The notes under the pieces were generated by a model. That model was given only the letters and a program-made list of their open reading frames with translations. It made no database searches and was not told where the DNA came from. Positions 1-15,385 of a DNA stretch of 64,000 nucleotides are shown in pieces. Source of the DNA: Eledone cirrhosa (taxonomy: Eukaryota); NCBI GenBank assembly GCA_964016885.1, contig OZ024740.1, forward strand, positions 54,560,001 through 54,624,000, read 5' to 3'. Each line of letters opens with the position of its first letter. Within the stretch, counting starts at the first letter, position 1. The position numbers and the translations under genes are program-made.

Positions 1-943
1 CTATGACCGACTTGGGGTGGTTCGGTTGCCTGTTCACATACTCCAAGTTCTCATTGGGCTTGTGATAAGATCGGTGTATGCCCGTATTGATTTCCAGGGT
101 AACGTCCAGGAAATTCACCGTTTTAGTGCTAGGATCTATCATCACGAATAAGCCGTGTTGTTTAAAAAAATGCGATATGCGCTTCCTAATACGCTCCAGC
201 TGGCTGGGGTTTAGGGAACAGAAGGTAAAAAGTGCGTCGTCTCTGTATATTCCTCCGCCGATCCCTGGGATCTCCTCGGCTAATCTTTGGAGGAGATAGA
301 TTCTCACGAGGTCGGTCACCTGCGCAGAGTCGCTCGACGTCATAGTAATATCGAAACTGTAGGGGCTGTCCCTCCTCTCCCATAATTTATTTTCGAAGCT
401 AATTGGCGTCTTTCTCGCTGTTATTATGAGGCTGGCCTCATTCCTAGTGAGGTTGGACTTGGCCATGGCGCTCATGAGGGCCTTGTTCAATATTACTGGT
501 GATATTGACGCGTAGTAATTCGCTATGTCTAATTGAATAAAACTTACCTGTTGTTTGCTATCTATTAGCAAGAACCAGTCAATTACCTCCTTAGTGGAGG
601 TCCATAAGCTAAGCCTAGTTTTGTTCCTATCTACCGATAGTATCTTGTCTATGATATGCTTGCTGGTCCTACCTATGTCCGATTTGGAGGTTGCTATTAG
701 CCTAACAGGTAGATTAGTTATAAAGTCTAATGTCTGATCCTTAATGGATATCCGTGGTTTTCTTGGTACATACTCTGCTGTCCTGTCATCTATTCCTAGC
801 CCAGTCATTATTTTTTGGGTCGTGGCGTTAATATTATCTAAGTTGTCCTGTTGTCCTGTAGTATTTCCTAATCTTTTTCCTGATGAAGTCGTTGTATGTA
901 AAACGGTCAAGCATGTATACATTACCAGTTTTGTCCGAGGGCA
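1..943 (-). mobile_element. Penelope-like element RT fragment (CNC/CPL-type lineage, tentatively Nematis-like); 5'-truncated at (TA)n and running off the window edge
   Basis: Manual minus-strand translation: VPSDKTGNVY...ISIKDQ..PVRLIATSKSDIGRTSK...WTSTKEVIDWF...FIQLDIANYYASI...FDITMTSSDSAQVTDLV...GIYRDDAL...FLDVTLEI..YHKPNE..NHP. Not in the ORF track. Confidence 0.85.
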
Positions 944-1012
944 CAATATATATATATCTTGACAATATATATATATTGTCCGAGGGCACATATATATATA
1001 TATATTATATAG

Positions 1013-1193
1013 AGGGCGGTGAATTGGCAGTATCGGTAGAGGGTCGGCCATGCTTTCCAGCAGAGTTACGTCCCTTTACAATCTGAGTTCAAATCCTGAC
1101 GAGGTTAACTTTGCCTTTCATCCTTACGGGGTCGATAAAATAAAATACCAGTAATGTGTTGGGTAATTGCTGGCCTTGTGCCTAAAATAAAAA

Positions 1194-1195
<2 letters not shown>
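1013..1195 (+). mobile_element. tRNA-derived SINE with Nin/Deu-like central domain
   Basis: A-box-like TGGCAGTATCGG, B-box GAGTTCAAATCC, then ACTTTGCCTTTCATCCTTACGGGGTCGATAAAAT; many copies in the window. Confidence 0.8.
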
Positions 1196-1238
<43 letters not shown>

Positions 1239-1245
1239 ATATACA

Positions 1246-1298
<53 letters not shown>

Positions 1299-1303
<5 letters not shown>

Positions 1304-1628
1304 ATACTTTGGGAGAGTCATGTTGCCAATAAGAAACACACGTACCGATGCGTCGACTCCAATTTTTTATAAATAAAAGATTTAAAAAATATTTTTCAAA
1401 AAATTTATAAACTTCCGATTGGTTGGTTCCACAACCGGACGGTTGTTCGTATATTGTCAAAGTTCTTTCGTCACACATTCTGTGACCTCTTCATTGACTG
1501 GGGATTATTTTCTTTGTTTTGTGCCTCTCCTTTGTTCTGTCCTACGCCATCTTGTTTTAGTGTCTGTTGTGTGCTTATTTTGAGCATGTGTTACATACGG
1601 GTGTCTGTGTGTGTTTTTATGTGTTTAA
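1299..1628 (-). mobile_element. PLE pLTR/3' end with degenerate hammerhead at 1456-1498
   Basis: Homologous to 3255-3570; core reads ATGAAGA (C3 mutated), stem II GTCACA/TGTGAC, then GAAA. Confidence 0.7.
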
Positions 1629-2180
1629 TTACAAATATAGTCCAAAGTCACCAACTTAAATCTAAACAAATTTGGTTATATAGAGCCCAATAGGGCTTAA
1701 TTTCTGTGTAATAGAAAATAGATATGTGTATTGTAATATGTGTGTGTGTGTGTGTGTGTGTGCGCGCACATATATGCATGTATATATTGTACCTTTTGAT
1801 TTTTGATCTGGAATTTCAGTGTTGGTATAGATATATTATTATTATAATGTATTATACTGCGTTATATATAATTCCTGCTCTATATAACCAAATTTGTTTA
1901 GATTTAAGTTGGTGACTTTGGACTATATTTGTAATATGGTTCTTAATGTTATCTACATCCTTAGTTATTATAATTTTATTATTTTTATCTTCATTTTTAT
2001 TATCTTATATCTTTGTAAGACATTAGTGTATGTAAACTCCATATTCTTCAGAGTTTCTGGCTTGTATCTGCCGAAATTACCTCTTGTTGTTTTGATTGCC
2101 CTGATGAGTCCTGAATAGGACGAAACATTGTCGGCTAATAAAAACTTTTGATGTATTAAAGGATTCTTTGTTTTACTCTC

Positions 2181-2183
<3 letters not shown>
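1629..2183 (+). mobile_element. PLE pLTR family A with short inverted 5' duplicate
   Basis: 1629-1686 is the reverse complement of 1877-1934; homologous to 27530-27830 and 48506 onward; ends in (TA)n. Confidence 0.75.
2095..2139 (+). ncRNA. Minimal type I hammerhead ribozyme
   Basis: GCC-CTGATGA-GTCCT gaat AGGAC-GAAA-CATTG-TC-GGC. Confidence 0.85.
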
Positions 2184-2277
<94 letters not shown>

Positions 2278-2739
2278 ATTTATATATATAATTTTATAAG
2301 ATATATATATATACAACTGAATTTACTCGCCTGATATAGGGGCTGCCTCCCTTGCCGATCCCCACGTGGAGTCAGCAATAGTCAGTCCTTGTATTAACAT
2401 TGAACTAAAACCTGTTGAGAAAGTGGCTTCCTTGTTCAATCATCTCACCAGAAGCCTGACATTTTTTATGTAAGCGGACGGTACTTGATTCAGGAGCCGC
2501 AGAAACCCGAATACTGGATTTTACCAACCTTCCAGGGTTCCGGGTAAATTTACAATACCCGAATTACTTGATCGTTTTTGGGGGCTATGCAAATGATTGT
2601 TTAACCATCGTCTCAGTGTGTTTAGCCTTTAACGTTTGTTATAGCTCTGGTTCATCTGAATCATTGAGCACTTGCCTCACATCTCGGAGGTTGTTTTTCA
2701 TTAATTCGTGGGCCGAAATGCGAATCTCGATAATTTATG

Positions 2740-2788
<49 letters not shown>

Positions 2789-2790
<2 letters not shown>

Positions 2791-2875
2791 CAGTACAGGT
2801 TTCATTTGGATAGTCATAAATATATTTAGTTATAAATATATTTGTAATTACCAACAAATTAAATATCCCTTTACT

Positions 2876-2910
<35 letters not shown>

Positions 2911-3250
2911 GTATATGTATATATATATGTATGTAGTTATATATACATATACATATATAAGCAAATATATATATATATATATATATATATAAGCAAAGGG
3001 ATACTAAATTTGTTGGTAATTCGACAAATATATATATGACTAAATATATTTATGACTATCCAAATGAAACCTATACTGTTAATTTCTGATTTCTGTGTAT
3101 GTCACTATTTATAAAACAAATTTTTTATTCTATCTGATGAGAGTGTACCAAAGTGTTGGTACCCTTGAAATATATATAATAGAATAAATATGGTTTTGTT
3201 TCTGAATTTGTTTAGCAAGGTTATTTATCTGAAAACGTGTGTTAAAACCG
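2789..3250. mobile_element. PLE pLTR family B pieces, with inverted tails 2789-2878 and 2991-3080 around a (TA)n
   Basis: Reverse-complement match across the microsatellite; homologous to 8235-8658. Confidence 0.65.
3126..3186 (+). ncRNA. Type I hammerhead ribozyme
   Basis: TATTCTAT-CTGATGA-GAGTGTACCA..TGGTACCCTT-GAAA-TATATA-TA-ATAGAATA; perfect 8-bp stem I. Confidence 0.85.
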
Positions 3251-3254
3251 ATAT

Positions 3255-3957
3255 TATTATACTTTGGGACGGTCATGTTGCCAATAAGAAACACACGCAC
3301 CCGTTGCTTTAACTTCAATTTATTATAATAAATTTATAAATTTAGGAATTTATAAATTTCCGGTTCGTTGGTTGGTTCCACAACCAGATGATTGTTTATA
3401 TATTGTCAAAGTTCTTTCGTCACACATTCTGTGACCTCTTCAGTGAATGGGGATTATTTTCTTTGTGTTTGTGCCCCTCCTTTCTTCTGTCCTACGCCAT
3501 CTTGTTTTTGCGTGTGTTGTGTGCTTAGTTTGCGCATGTGTTACATCCGGGTGTCTGTGTGTATTTATATTTGTTTATTTATTTGTTTATTTACATGTTA
3601 CTGGTTGGTTGTTTATTCTATGTGCGTGTGTGTTTTCATTTTGTCCTTAATTGTAAGTTGTGATGTTGCTGTTCCGTTCATGTTTTCTATTTAATTTTGG
3701 TTGTTGTTCATTAGTGTTTATTGCCTCTGTGATTTGTCTAAACATTGCATCTTTTCTGTGTGAAGATTCTATTTTTATTTCTATGTTCTCTAATTTACCC
3801 TTATGATCTATTTTAGCATGTTGGTAGAGTACAGATGATTCTTTACTATCTTGAAGGTATCGCCAGTGTTCATTTATCCTTTCCCCTATACTACGAGCTG
3901 TCTCACCTATGTACACTATATTCTTATCATTACATTGTCCTTCAGTACATCTTATGC
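3255..3957 (-). mobile_element. 5'-truncated PLE: GIY-YIG endonuclease C-terminus (3647-3955) plus 3' pLTR with hammerhead at 3406-3446
   Basis: [18 protein letters not shown]...[11 protein letters not shown]...RQITEAI..PKLN; hammerhead TCA-CTGAAGA-g-GTCACA..TGTGAC-GAAA-GAAC-TT-TGA. Confidence 0.85.
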
Positions 3958-4380
<423 letters not shown>

Positions 4381-4984
4381 TTAACCCCCGGGCAGTTTGA
4401 AGTTTCTGGTTTGAAAATATTTCAATGTAATGAATGCCATTTGCTGTTCAATGATAAACCATGTCAGACTCTTAAATGTACGAAAGTATAAAGTAGTCGA
4501 TTGATTGGTGTATGGGTTCAATAAATGGCAATGATATAACTGGAAACATATTCATAAAAATATTAGACGTTTGAATATATTTATTATAATTATTGCTTAT
4601 ATGGTGTCGTTGTAGGCGATATTAATATATAGAATCTAATTAAACTCGCCAGCAACGTTCTATTATTGACGATTTATTAAATTATTTGCATTTTTATTTC
4701 GTTATTTTCTATTTTCAGTCCCACCCACATTGCTTTATATTTCTTTTTAGTACTTTCCAACTTCATGTCGTCAATACTTTTGTTGGTCTTCTATGAAGTC
4801 TCCTTTATAATGATCAACATAGCAAACTAGTATATAATATGTCTACTCGTTGTGTACAACCAGGGGATTGGCTAATAATATTCTAATAATAACTAAGCTG
4901 TGTTATTAAATATAAGTTACGCATTTCTTCATACAGTAGATTATTGTAACAATATCACACACACACTCGCACACATACACACAA

Positions 4985-5024
<40 letters not shown>

Positions 5025-5026
5025 TA

Positions 5027-5112
<86 letters not shown>

Positions 5113-5113
<1 letters not shown>

Positions 5114-5868
5114 GATATTAATAAATCGAAAATATATTTATAAAACCATATTTATTTCATTATACATATTTCAGGGATACCAAATTAAATTATGGTATGC
5201 CTTCATCAGACAAAATACAATATATAACAGTTTTACAAATAAGCTTTGACGTACCCTATTAAAATGCAACCATTGTTTTTGGAAGTCATCCGGATAGTGA
5301 ATTGCTTATATAACTTTAATAAGTCATAGTGTTAAGGACAATTAGAAAAAGACGGAGAGAAAGAAAAAGACGGAGAGAAAGAAAAAACGTTGAGAAATAT
5401 CGGAGAGAGAGAGAGATGCATGGAGAAAAAAAGAAAGAGATAAGTAAAGACAGGAGGAAAGGAAGAAAGAAGAAAAAAGGAAGAAATAAGAAAAACAGAG
5501 GAAAGCAACAGAGAGATATTAAGTCAACAGACAGATAGAAAAACTCAAGAGAGAGAAATGTTATATAGAGAGAGAGGGAGATTATGAAAACTTTACGTCA
5601 TGACTTCCAAAAACAATGGTTGCATTTTAATAGGGTACGTCAAAGCTTATTTGTAAAACTGTTATATATTGTATTTTGTCTGATGAAGGCATACCATTAT
5701 TTAATTTGGTATCCCTGAAATAGGTATAATGAAATAAATATGGTTTTATAAATATAGTTTCCATTTATTAATATCGTATATCTACTCCAAATACTTGTCG
5801 AGTGCTTTATATCAGTTATAAAAATATTTACTTGTTGTATCCCAACAATTTGAAATAGAACTTTTGCA
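5113..5868 (+). mobile_element. PLE pLTR insertion with inverted arms 5113-5289 and 5600-5777, each with a hammerhead (5153-5217 minus; 5672-5736 plus)
   Basis: TATTTTGT-CTGATGA-AGGCATACCA..TGGTATCCCT-GAAA-TAGGTA-TA-ATGAAATA and its mirror copy; (TA)n on both sides. Confidence 0.8.
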
Positions 5869-5939
5869 TATATATATATGAAGGAACGATCGACTTTCGT
5901 CAAATCGGACCAAGGGAACAATGTTTCCGTTGGTCTTTC

Positions 5940-6095
5940 CAATTGCTAATACTATCTATCGGTCGCAACTCCAGGTAGAAGGAGCAACGTGAAATAAAGT
6001 GTCTTGCTCAAGGACATAACGCATCGCCTGGTCCAGGAATCGAACTCACAACCTTACGATTGCGAATCCAATTCTCTAACCACTCAGCCACACGC

Positions 6096-6096
<1 letters not shown>
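5940..6096 (-). mobile_element. tRNA-derived CORE-like SINE, 5' part
   Basis: GTGGCTGAGTGGTTAGAG...GAGTTCGATTCC...GTCCTTGAGCAAGACACTTT. Confidence 0.75.
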
Positions 6097-6149
<53 letters not shown>

Positions 6150-6257
6150 AGTCAAGGAAATAATATACAGAGGTACAAAAAGTCTTATTAGTTTCACGCT
6201 TTATAATATATATATATACACACACACATACACACACACGTGAGCACGCCCCCCCCC

Positions 6258-6314
<57 letters not shown>

Positions 6315-7043
6315 GCATGTGTGTGTGTGTGTGATTCTCTGCTTCTCTAATGAAAAATATTCAAAATTGCGAGAATATATTTCGAGAGCATCACCTGGGT
6401 GCGTATTTGTGGATAAGAAGAAGTACATATTACAAAATATCGTTATAAGTGAAACACTCGAAATGAGATCTTATAAAAGAAATGAACTTGCTATTAATAC
6501 ATTAGATCTTACATTAAATGTTCACACAGAAGCACATACACATGTTCGTGTGTATGTGTCTGTGCGTGTGTGTGTGCGTGCGTGTGCGTGTCTGTTTTGT
6601 GTATCAACAGATACACACCAGCAAGAAAAAGGAATATGTAATGAAATACAGTTGTTTGTATGTGTACATATTCTCTCAAACCAAATCCGATGTGTGACAT
6701 CAACCAAGAAAGTACTTCAAATGTCATTTATTTTACAAACACCTCTCACATGTCTCGCTCTAGCTAAGTGATTTAAAACAATTGAAAAGCTGTTATGAAC
6801 GATGACTTTCGAAAAATATAAATTTTTCAGTGTAATCTTAAGTGTATTATAATTTATGCTTATATAACAATCGATATATAAGGTTTCCACACATACACAT
6901 GTACATACATATATACATACATAGATCCATGCATACATACACAATTGTATATCTACATGTATTTAGGTATCTATATATATTACACACACACAAACACACA
7001 CACACGCACACACACACACACATACACATACACATACACACAT

Positions 7044-7101
<58 letters not shown>

Positions 7102-7103
<2 letters not shown>

Positions 7104-7305
7104 CGAAGGAAATGTGGTAAGGAACCAGGTGGACCATAACGCACCAAAGTACTCGATACTTGAGGTAGTAGAGTGGGTAATAGGAACCAGTAAGACCCCG
7201 ACAGCTGAGCTCAAGCCGTTTCGACGGCTAATTCTGGACTAATTAGTCCAGAATTAGCCGTCGAAACGGCTTGAGCTCAGCTGTCGGGGTCTTACTGGTT
7301 CCTAT
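7102..7305 (-). mobile_element. PLE 3' tail ending in a 126-bp perfect palindrome (7180-7305); contains the 3' half of a hammerhead
   Basis: Palindrome centred at CTAA|TTAG; GAAA-CGGC..GCTG-TC; TA-flanked. Confidence 0.7.
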
Positions 7306-7317
7306 ATATATATATAT

Positions 7318-7480
7318 ATATAGATGAGATTCTACAGGACTAGAACTGTTTCATTCTTTAGAAATCATCAGGAATCGGTTCTAGTCCTGTAGAATCTCAT
7401 CTATATTAAAACTTTTATACTCTGCTATGTATTGAGTACCTTACTTACTGTGGTTACCTCCGATTCAACCCGGAATAACG
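7318..7480. mobile_element. Mini pLTR insertion with 29-bp inverted repeat and hammerhead at 7328-7376 (minus)
   Basis: GATTC-CTGATGA-tTTC taaa GAAt-GAA-ACAG..CTGT-A-GAATC; arms at 7318-7346 and 7378-7406. Confidence 0.75.
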
Positions 7481-7603
7481 TATATATATATATATATATA
7501 TGTACATATCTTTGTTTTTATAATTCTCGTGACAGGCTGATTGAATTGGGGCCCAGAACCAACGATACTTCAATTGAGTACCTGTTTATGTCACTGTCGT
7601 TAA

Positions 7604-8076
<473 letters not shown>

Positions 8077-8135
8077 CAAATATATATATATATATATATA
8101 TGTACATATATACATATATATACATATATATATAT

Positions 8136-8222
<87 letters not shown>

Positions 8223-8234
8223 TTTATATATATA

Positions 8235-8762
<528 letters not shown>

Positions 8763-8996
8763 AGTGTGTGTGTGTGTGTGTAAAACATAACACAAATAAC
8801 AAAACGTATGGCACAGCTCATGGAAAAAATATATTAGTCCAACGCTTGAAATAGCAGGAAGAGAGTCATAACGTTTCGTTTACACATACAATCGCTTATG
8901 TGTCATTGAACATATTCATATTTGAAAGTGACAACATTCCGCAGTTCTTTCCTTTCAAGTTTAGGTCTTCTCTTTCAAAATCATTAATTGTATCTA

Positions 8997-9170
8997 GGCA
9001 GTATCGGTAGAGGGTCGGACGCCATGCTTTCCAGCATAGTTACGTCTCTTTACAATCTGAGTTCAAATCCCGCCGAGGTTGACTTTGCCTTTCATCCTTA
9101 CGGGTTCGATAAAATAAAGTACCAGTAATGCACTGGGTAATTGCTGGCCTTGTGCCTAAAGTAGAAACAA
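8997..9170 (+). mobile_element. Nin/Deu-type SINE
   Basis: Close match to 1013-1195. Confidence 0.8.
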
Positions 9171-10357
9171 TTAATTGTATCTACCTTAAGATTGCCTTAA
9201 TCTTTTTTTTTATGTATAAATATTCATTACTTATTCAACTTTGTCACCTAACGTATTTGAATCATACGATTACATTCACAATTTTTATATTCTGTATCTT
9301 ACATATAGATATCTTATCGTACTATAGTTTAATGCAAGTATCATATATGTAATTATTGTATCATGCTACAATCGTCTTTGCAACGTTAGTATCCATATAT
9401 TTTCTTGTGTTTTTTGTGTAATATATTTACATTAAATACTTTATTCTTTAGTAAATTTTGAAACAGAAACAACGTGTCTGATGATATGTTTGTCACCTTC
9501 TAATTTTCATAAAATTTAGATATTCAAAATGTTAAAATTATTTGTTTCTTCTATCAGAAACATGAATACATTAGGTTATCCATATCTTGTTTCTGTATGG
9601 ATTGTTTTCTTTTGTGTATAGTTGTACGGTTATATCGGTATATCATGATTTCCACTCTTCTTGAAGATTTAGTTTTCAATTTCGCAGGTCTTTCACTGGA
9701 ATCTACTGGTTTTGAATGAAAATTGAGAATAATTTTTAAAGAATGCATTTATTACCAGTGACTACTATGAAGAAAGTTTTGGAAACAAAATTACCGTTTT
9801 GATTTGAAAGTGAAACCTACCAAGAGAATTTTAACGTAAATCACCTTGCAAAAGACTTGGGAAACTGAAGAGTTATTCCATTAAATCAGAACATTTTTCC
9901 CGACATTGAAACTGAATAGTTCATGAAATTATATTTTTAGTAATCCATTCATTAATTGAAATTGTCATATGAACGAAAATATGTGCAGCGATGGAAATAA
10001 CAAGCAGCACAGTTTTTCTTTTGTGATAAAGTGTAAAAATTGAATGCAAAACGTATACAGGCATTGATTGTATACAACTATAATAATACTACGCAGAAAT
10101 ACTAATGGAAGAAGAAAAAGAAATTTCATGGAAAATACCGGCTGCTCTCAAGTACATTTTAATTGTTATTACCCGCGGGATATTCTCAGGATTTTCGTTC
10201 TCTCTTACAAATATACGAAGAGCTAGACAGTGTAGAAGTCGTTAGAGAAATATTTAGCAAATATGATAGTGATGTCCCTTAGATACGTACACATATATAT
10301 TTTTCAACTTTATTTGGTTGCGTATGATTTATTTGTTCGGATGTCTGCTTATGTATG

Positions 10358-10477
<120 letters not shown>

Positions 10478-10491
10478 ATATATATGATATG

Positions 10492-10572
<81 letters not shown>

Positions 10573-10584
10573 GATATATATATG

Positions 10585-10628
<44 letters not shown>

Positions 10629-10638
10629 GATATATATA

Positions 10639-10710
<72 letters not shown>

Positions 10711-10809
10711 ATACACTGGTATAACCACACACACTTGTGTATATACGTATATATATATATATATATATAAACATACACTGGTATAACCACACACACTTGT
10801 GTATATACG

Positions 10810-10846
<37 letters not shown>

Positions 10847-11399
10847 GTATATTTATATTTATAGGTATGTTAGGTATGTGTGGATTATTTTTTCTAGGTG
10901 GGCATGAGCAGGTTGAAACATGGCATTCTATTGAATTCCAAATTTTTAATTGAGCTAACTCTGTTCAAAATCATTATCTAGTTTAATAAAGCAGGAATTC
11001 TATATCTTTTTGCAAATATATATGCAATTTAACGTTTATATTTATTAAGAAAAAATATTCCTTATAGAATACTTAATGTCATAGTCAATTCGGTTTTATT
11101 GATATTCAAATATTGGGCTCATTAAGGACTTTATGAAATATTAATATGCTTTTGTGTGTATGTGTAAACATTAACTATGGAAGAAAATTGAAGACATAAT
11201 ATTTTATGCATGAAATTTTTCTATCATAGGGTAAACATATATATGTATATATATATATTATTCAAATAGACAATTTAGACAAATTGAAGACAATTTATTG
11301 TAGACACAACATTTATTTTATCTATATTATTCGTAAGAAATTTGATTTTGATATAAATATGTTAAATCTAAAGTAGTCTAATATTCATGTATATGTATT

Positions 11400-11810
11400 T
11401 GGAATCCTCTCGTTTGTGTATCGGTCAGTTTACTTCGTTCACAGGGGTTGTGTATTTAAATCCAAACACATTCTGTTTTCTCTTGTGTGTATCATGATTT
11501 GAAAAAATTCATCAGATTTGTGACAACCGTTCTACTGTTCACCAGGATTGAGTCAGCTAAGGTGGACTACTCCGGTTGCTGACCCACAAATCATCAACCT
11601 ATCCTTAGACTGTGGCAGCTTTGGTGTTGGGCAGTAATTAGGATCTCCATCTCGGTCCAATCGCTGTGCCGAACTTCGTCCGTTGCTGCATAAAATTCAC
11701 CTTTTATTACATTTCACAATGTAATCTAGAAATGTATCCTTTAGATGCGCCGCCGATTTCCCTGAGTTAAATTCATTTTATATGGTACCAATATTCGATT
11801 TTTCACTCCA
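11400..11810 (-). pseudogene. Decayed mariner transposase
   Basis: Translates as DTFLDYIVKCNKR*ILCSNGRSSAQRLDRDGDPNYCPTPKLPQSK, matching the mariner segment PFLDRIVTCDEKWILYDNRRRSAQWLDRDE.PK..PKPKLH. Confidence 0.7.
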
Positions 11811-12199
11811 GTTTACATGTTCAAGAATTGTATTTACATGGCTGCAAAGTCAATTTCATAAAAGGCACATCCTTGTTTGACTCTATTATTGATGATATTA
11901 TTAACTCTTGACCTTCGTGTTTGAGGGACATATAGTAAAATCCCAATCATATCTTTCATGCAGGCGCGTTAGTTAATTTCATGTCGATCAGTGATGGAAC
12001 TTTTATTGTAATGTTCACTTTCATTTATTTTTGATTGAATTTCAATTTGAAGTTTTATTTTCTAACATTTATATGCTCGGAACCTTTAAAGATAAACAAC
12101 TTACAGCTATAGTTTTGTTTACAAATCTTTAGTTAAATAATTAGCAATTAATTATTAACGTCAAAATATTTGCTTGCGTGTCTTAGATTTTCATTTTCA

Positions 12200-12330
12200 A
12201 AGCACATGGATTCTGGATCGAGCCCACTGCGCTCCATCTTGAGGAAGCGTCTTCAGATATAGCCGGGATTCACCAATGTTTTGTGAATAGAATGTTGCTG
12301 AAGGAAACTGCACAAAAGTCTATCGTATAT
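12200..12330 (+). mobile_element. Degenerate CORE-like SINE
   Basis: GGATCGAGCCCACTGCGCTCCATCTTGAGGAAGCGTCTTC...GGAAACTG resembles a cephalopod SINE as I recall it. Confidence 0.5.
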
Positions 12331-13377
12331 TTACACATGTACGTGCATCTCTAAAACTTACATTGGTATCTATCAGCGAGGAAACCTTTTGATCCAGTAT
12401 TTACAATTAAAATTGAATCTAATATTTGTTCATACACCAGCAATTCATTGTCATTCTAACCATCTTAAATGCTGTGAACCAGTGACTAGCCCATGATAAA
12501 CCTATAGACAATGAAACTAACTTTTACACAATACAAGATAATGTTTATCAAAGCTTACAATACACTATATTCCTATGTATAGCTAGTCCTGTGAAGAGAA
12601 GAGCAATAGAGAGGAGACGAGATAGATGAAAAAGGGGAAGAAAGGAGGAAACGACTCTAGTACATATCTGGTATTCACCCAGAATTATGAAAAACAAATT
12701 GAACAAAATATAATCATAGTGTTGGGAACAGGAGAAAATGACCTGATAGCCTTAGTTCTCACCGCCATATTCGACGCAGTATGGTAGTATATGCCATACA
12801 CATTCCGGAGTCGATATAATCGGCTGTATTCCTCAGTTACAATTTGTGATAATTCGCTACTTTAAGAAAACTATTATTCATCGGCCATCATTGATATGTG
12901 CTACAAAGAAACATTAAAATTAATCGTTTATTTATTTTTTCGAATATTTAGCTACATAGGTGTGTGCATTACATACACCATTGGAAAGACTTATTCTTCC
13001 AAAATGCAATTACATTTCCTTAAATTTCTCTAACAGGTATGACAATACCAGTAATGTACAAATCATATTAAAATTCAAATATTTTTTCTTAATATGTCCT
13101 CCTTCTAAAGTACATTTACTTGTCGGAAACACGGGGTTTAAATCAATTTTGTTTATTAGTATATTCCTAAACAAAGAGAACTACATAGAAATAGCAACCA
13201 ATACTCAACATTATACAGAATGAACAATTGCAATTGATACAATAACGCGCAAATATATCATTATATGGACAGAGCTTGGCGCTCTATATCGCTTTATTCC
13301 GCTCATACTGTCTCATCTCCCTATCTCTGATTCTCGATATACTCATCTCTATCTTTCATAACTATATATATACATTT

Positions 13378-13455
<78 letters not shown>

Positions 13456-14169
13456 GATCTATCTCTCTCTCTTTCTATATACATATATCTATATATATAC
13501 GTACGTATGAAAGCATTTATATATTATATATATATATACATAGACACACACACACATACATACCCTCCCCTATATATATTTACACATAATATTTTATATG
13601 TATGTAACTTTAGTCTACAGGACAGATTTAACTCGCGAGAATACGATTTTCGTGAAGTCATAAAGCAAGATGCTGAATTTTTGCTAAAAGCTATACTCTG
13701 CAAGATTTCGTGATGCATATAAATCATTGGCGATAGAACAAATCACACAAAGGAATAAACTTTCTACAGGCGCAAATATTATTGCATAGGAAGCAATAAA
13801 ATTTGCAAAAGACTTCTTTAGTAATGCATGAGTAGTTTACAAGTATCCTATGGTCATTTCGATAGGACCCTTTGATAAGGATAAAAATTCTGAAAGCATT
13901 GTTTGCTATAAAATTTTCTATATAAGACTTGAGATTACTCTAGGGGCTAAACATTGAATGACTTTAGATTCCCGCCACTTCCCCGGATGGATAGTAAAGC
14001 GATTATTATTCTGTTTTTCTGAATACGTAACGTTACTTGGCCGGTCATTTTAAGAAATATTTAAAATCGTTGAAATTCTATTCAAAACATATCAATAATT
14101 CATTTTGATTACATATTCAAAATGCATATTTCTTGTATTACATTACTCGATAGAGATTATGAATCCCTC

Positions 14170-14470
14170 TAGGTAGAACAGCTACAACTCCCATACAACG
14201 GACATGTGGTTAAAACGATTAATTCAAATTTTACAGACGAAGTGAGCCTGCAGGAGACCCCGAGGTAGACACGCGCAAAATGGTTGGATAACATATTTCT
14301 TAGATTCGCTTGATGATCCAGTCGGACCAATTGGAGACGTTTGCTTCTGATACGGCCTTCTGGAAGACGTATCTGAGAATTCTGCCGCCGCAATCCGCAT
14401 CAACAGGAATACATATGCATGAATTTAAACTGTTAAGTGACTGAGTATTTCGTACTCGTGTACTGGAAAA
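14170..14470 (-). pseudogene. Possible Tc1/mariner-superfamily transposase remnant
   Basis: CGGRILRYVFQKA resembles the AGGRPYVFQQD motif; heavily decayed. Confidence 0.3.
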
Positions 14471-15314
14471 GTAATCACAAAAATAAACCAAAAATAAACC
14501 AAAACTAAACAGAATTTAAGATTTAGGTGTTAAACCAGTTCACAGATCATACAATCCAAGGAATCGGAACACAATATGCCGAATCATATACCACAAGACA
14601 TCGTGTTCGATGTTCTAACAATTCGGTCTATCCCTTATCCACAAATGAATAAAGGAAAATTTGAGCATGGTGCCATAAGAACTCAGAATGCAATGAGGGG
14701 AAAACAAATACTGCGGCGAAGTTTGCTTACACTTCTATGTAAATATGCTATATATATGACTTTCCCAGTAAAATGAAAAAAAAACAATAACACTTAACCA
14801 GTTTTGAGGCCTAGTTTGTCTTTCATGAGAAGTCTTGTATATCATGTAAATAACCATTGGGAATCACGTTTATCATATTTTTAATTTGAAGAGAAATGTG
14901 TGTATTCGGCATATTTACACGTCTACATGCCAATGAAATGTAAATTTATATACATATTTACGCCGTCTCGGTTAGTTCCATTCTATATATATTCGACTAT
15001 AAATTTTTCATATAATCCTGCTGATATTGCAGAAATTTGAATCTATCTTAATTAGCTAACAACATGGCCACTAATATATTGCAAATTATAATATGTCCAA
15101 TTCAGGATATGAGTAGATTATAGGCTATATAAATTCCTCATTTACGTATTTACTTGTGGTTGTTTCGATGATATACATGTCATCAGTTTATCGTTTTCTT
15201 TTATAAATTTACATGGAAATTTGGCATGTTTAAATGTCAATAAATTAAAATGTTATATTTTTATATACATATCACAGCATTCTCAGTATCTCTATATGTA
15301 TACCCACACACTTA

Positions 15315-15384
<70 letters not shown>

Positions 15385-15385
<1 letters not shown>

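Noticed and set aside
5329-5538. Arg/Lys-rich 69-aa ORF
   Set aside because: Purine-rich low-complexity spacer inside a pLTR insertion.
6030-6096. Genuine tRNA gene
   Set aside because: The tRNA-like head runs into a SINE core and lacks a proper acceptor stem and terminator.
9670-10260. Possible host exon after TTCAATTTCGCAG
   Set aside because: No sustained ORF, donor site or recognisable homology.
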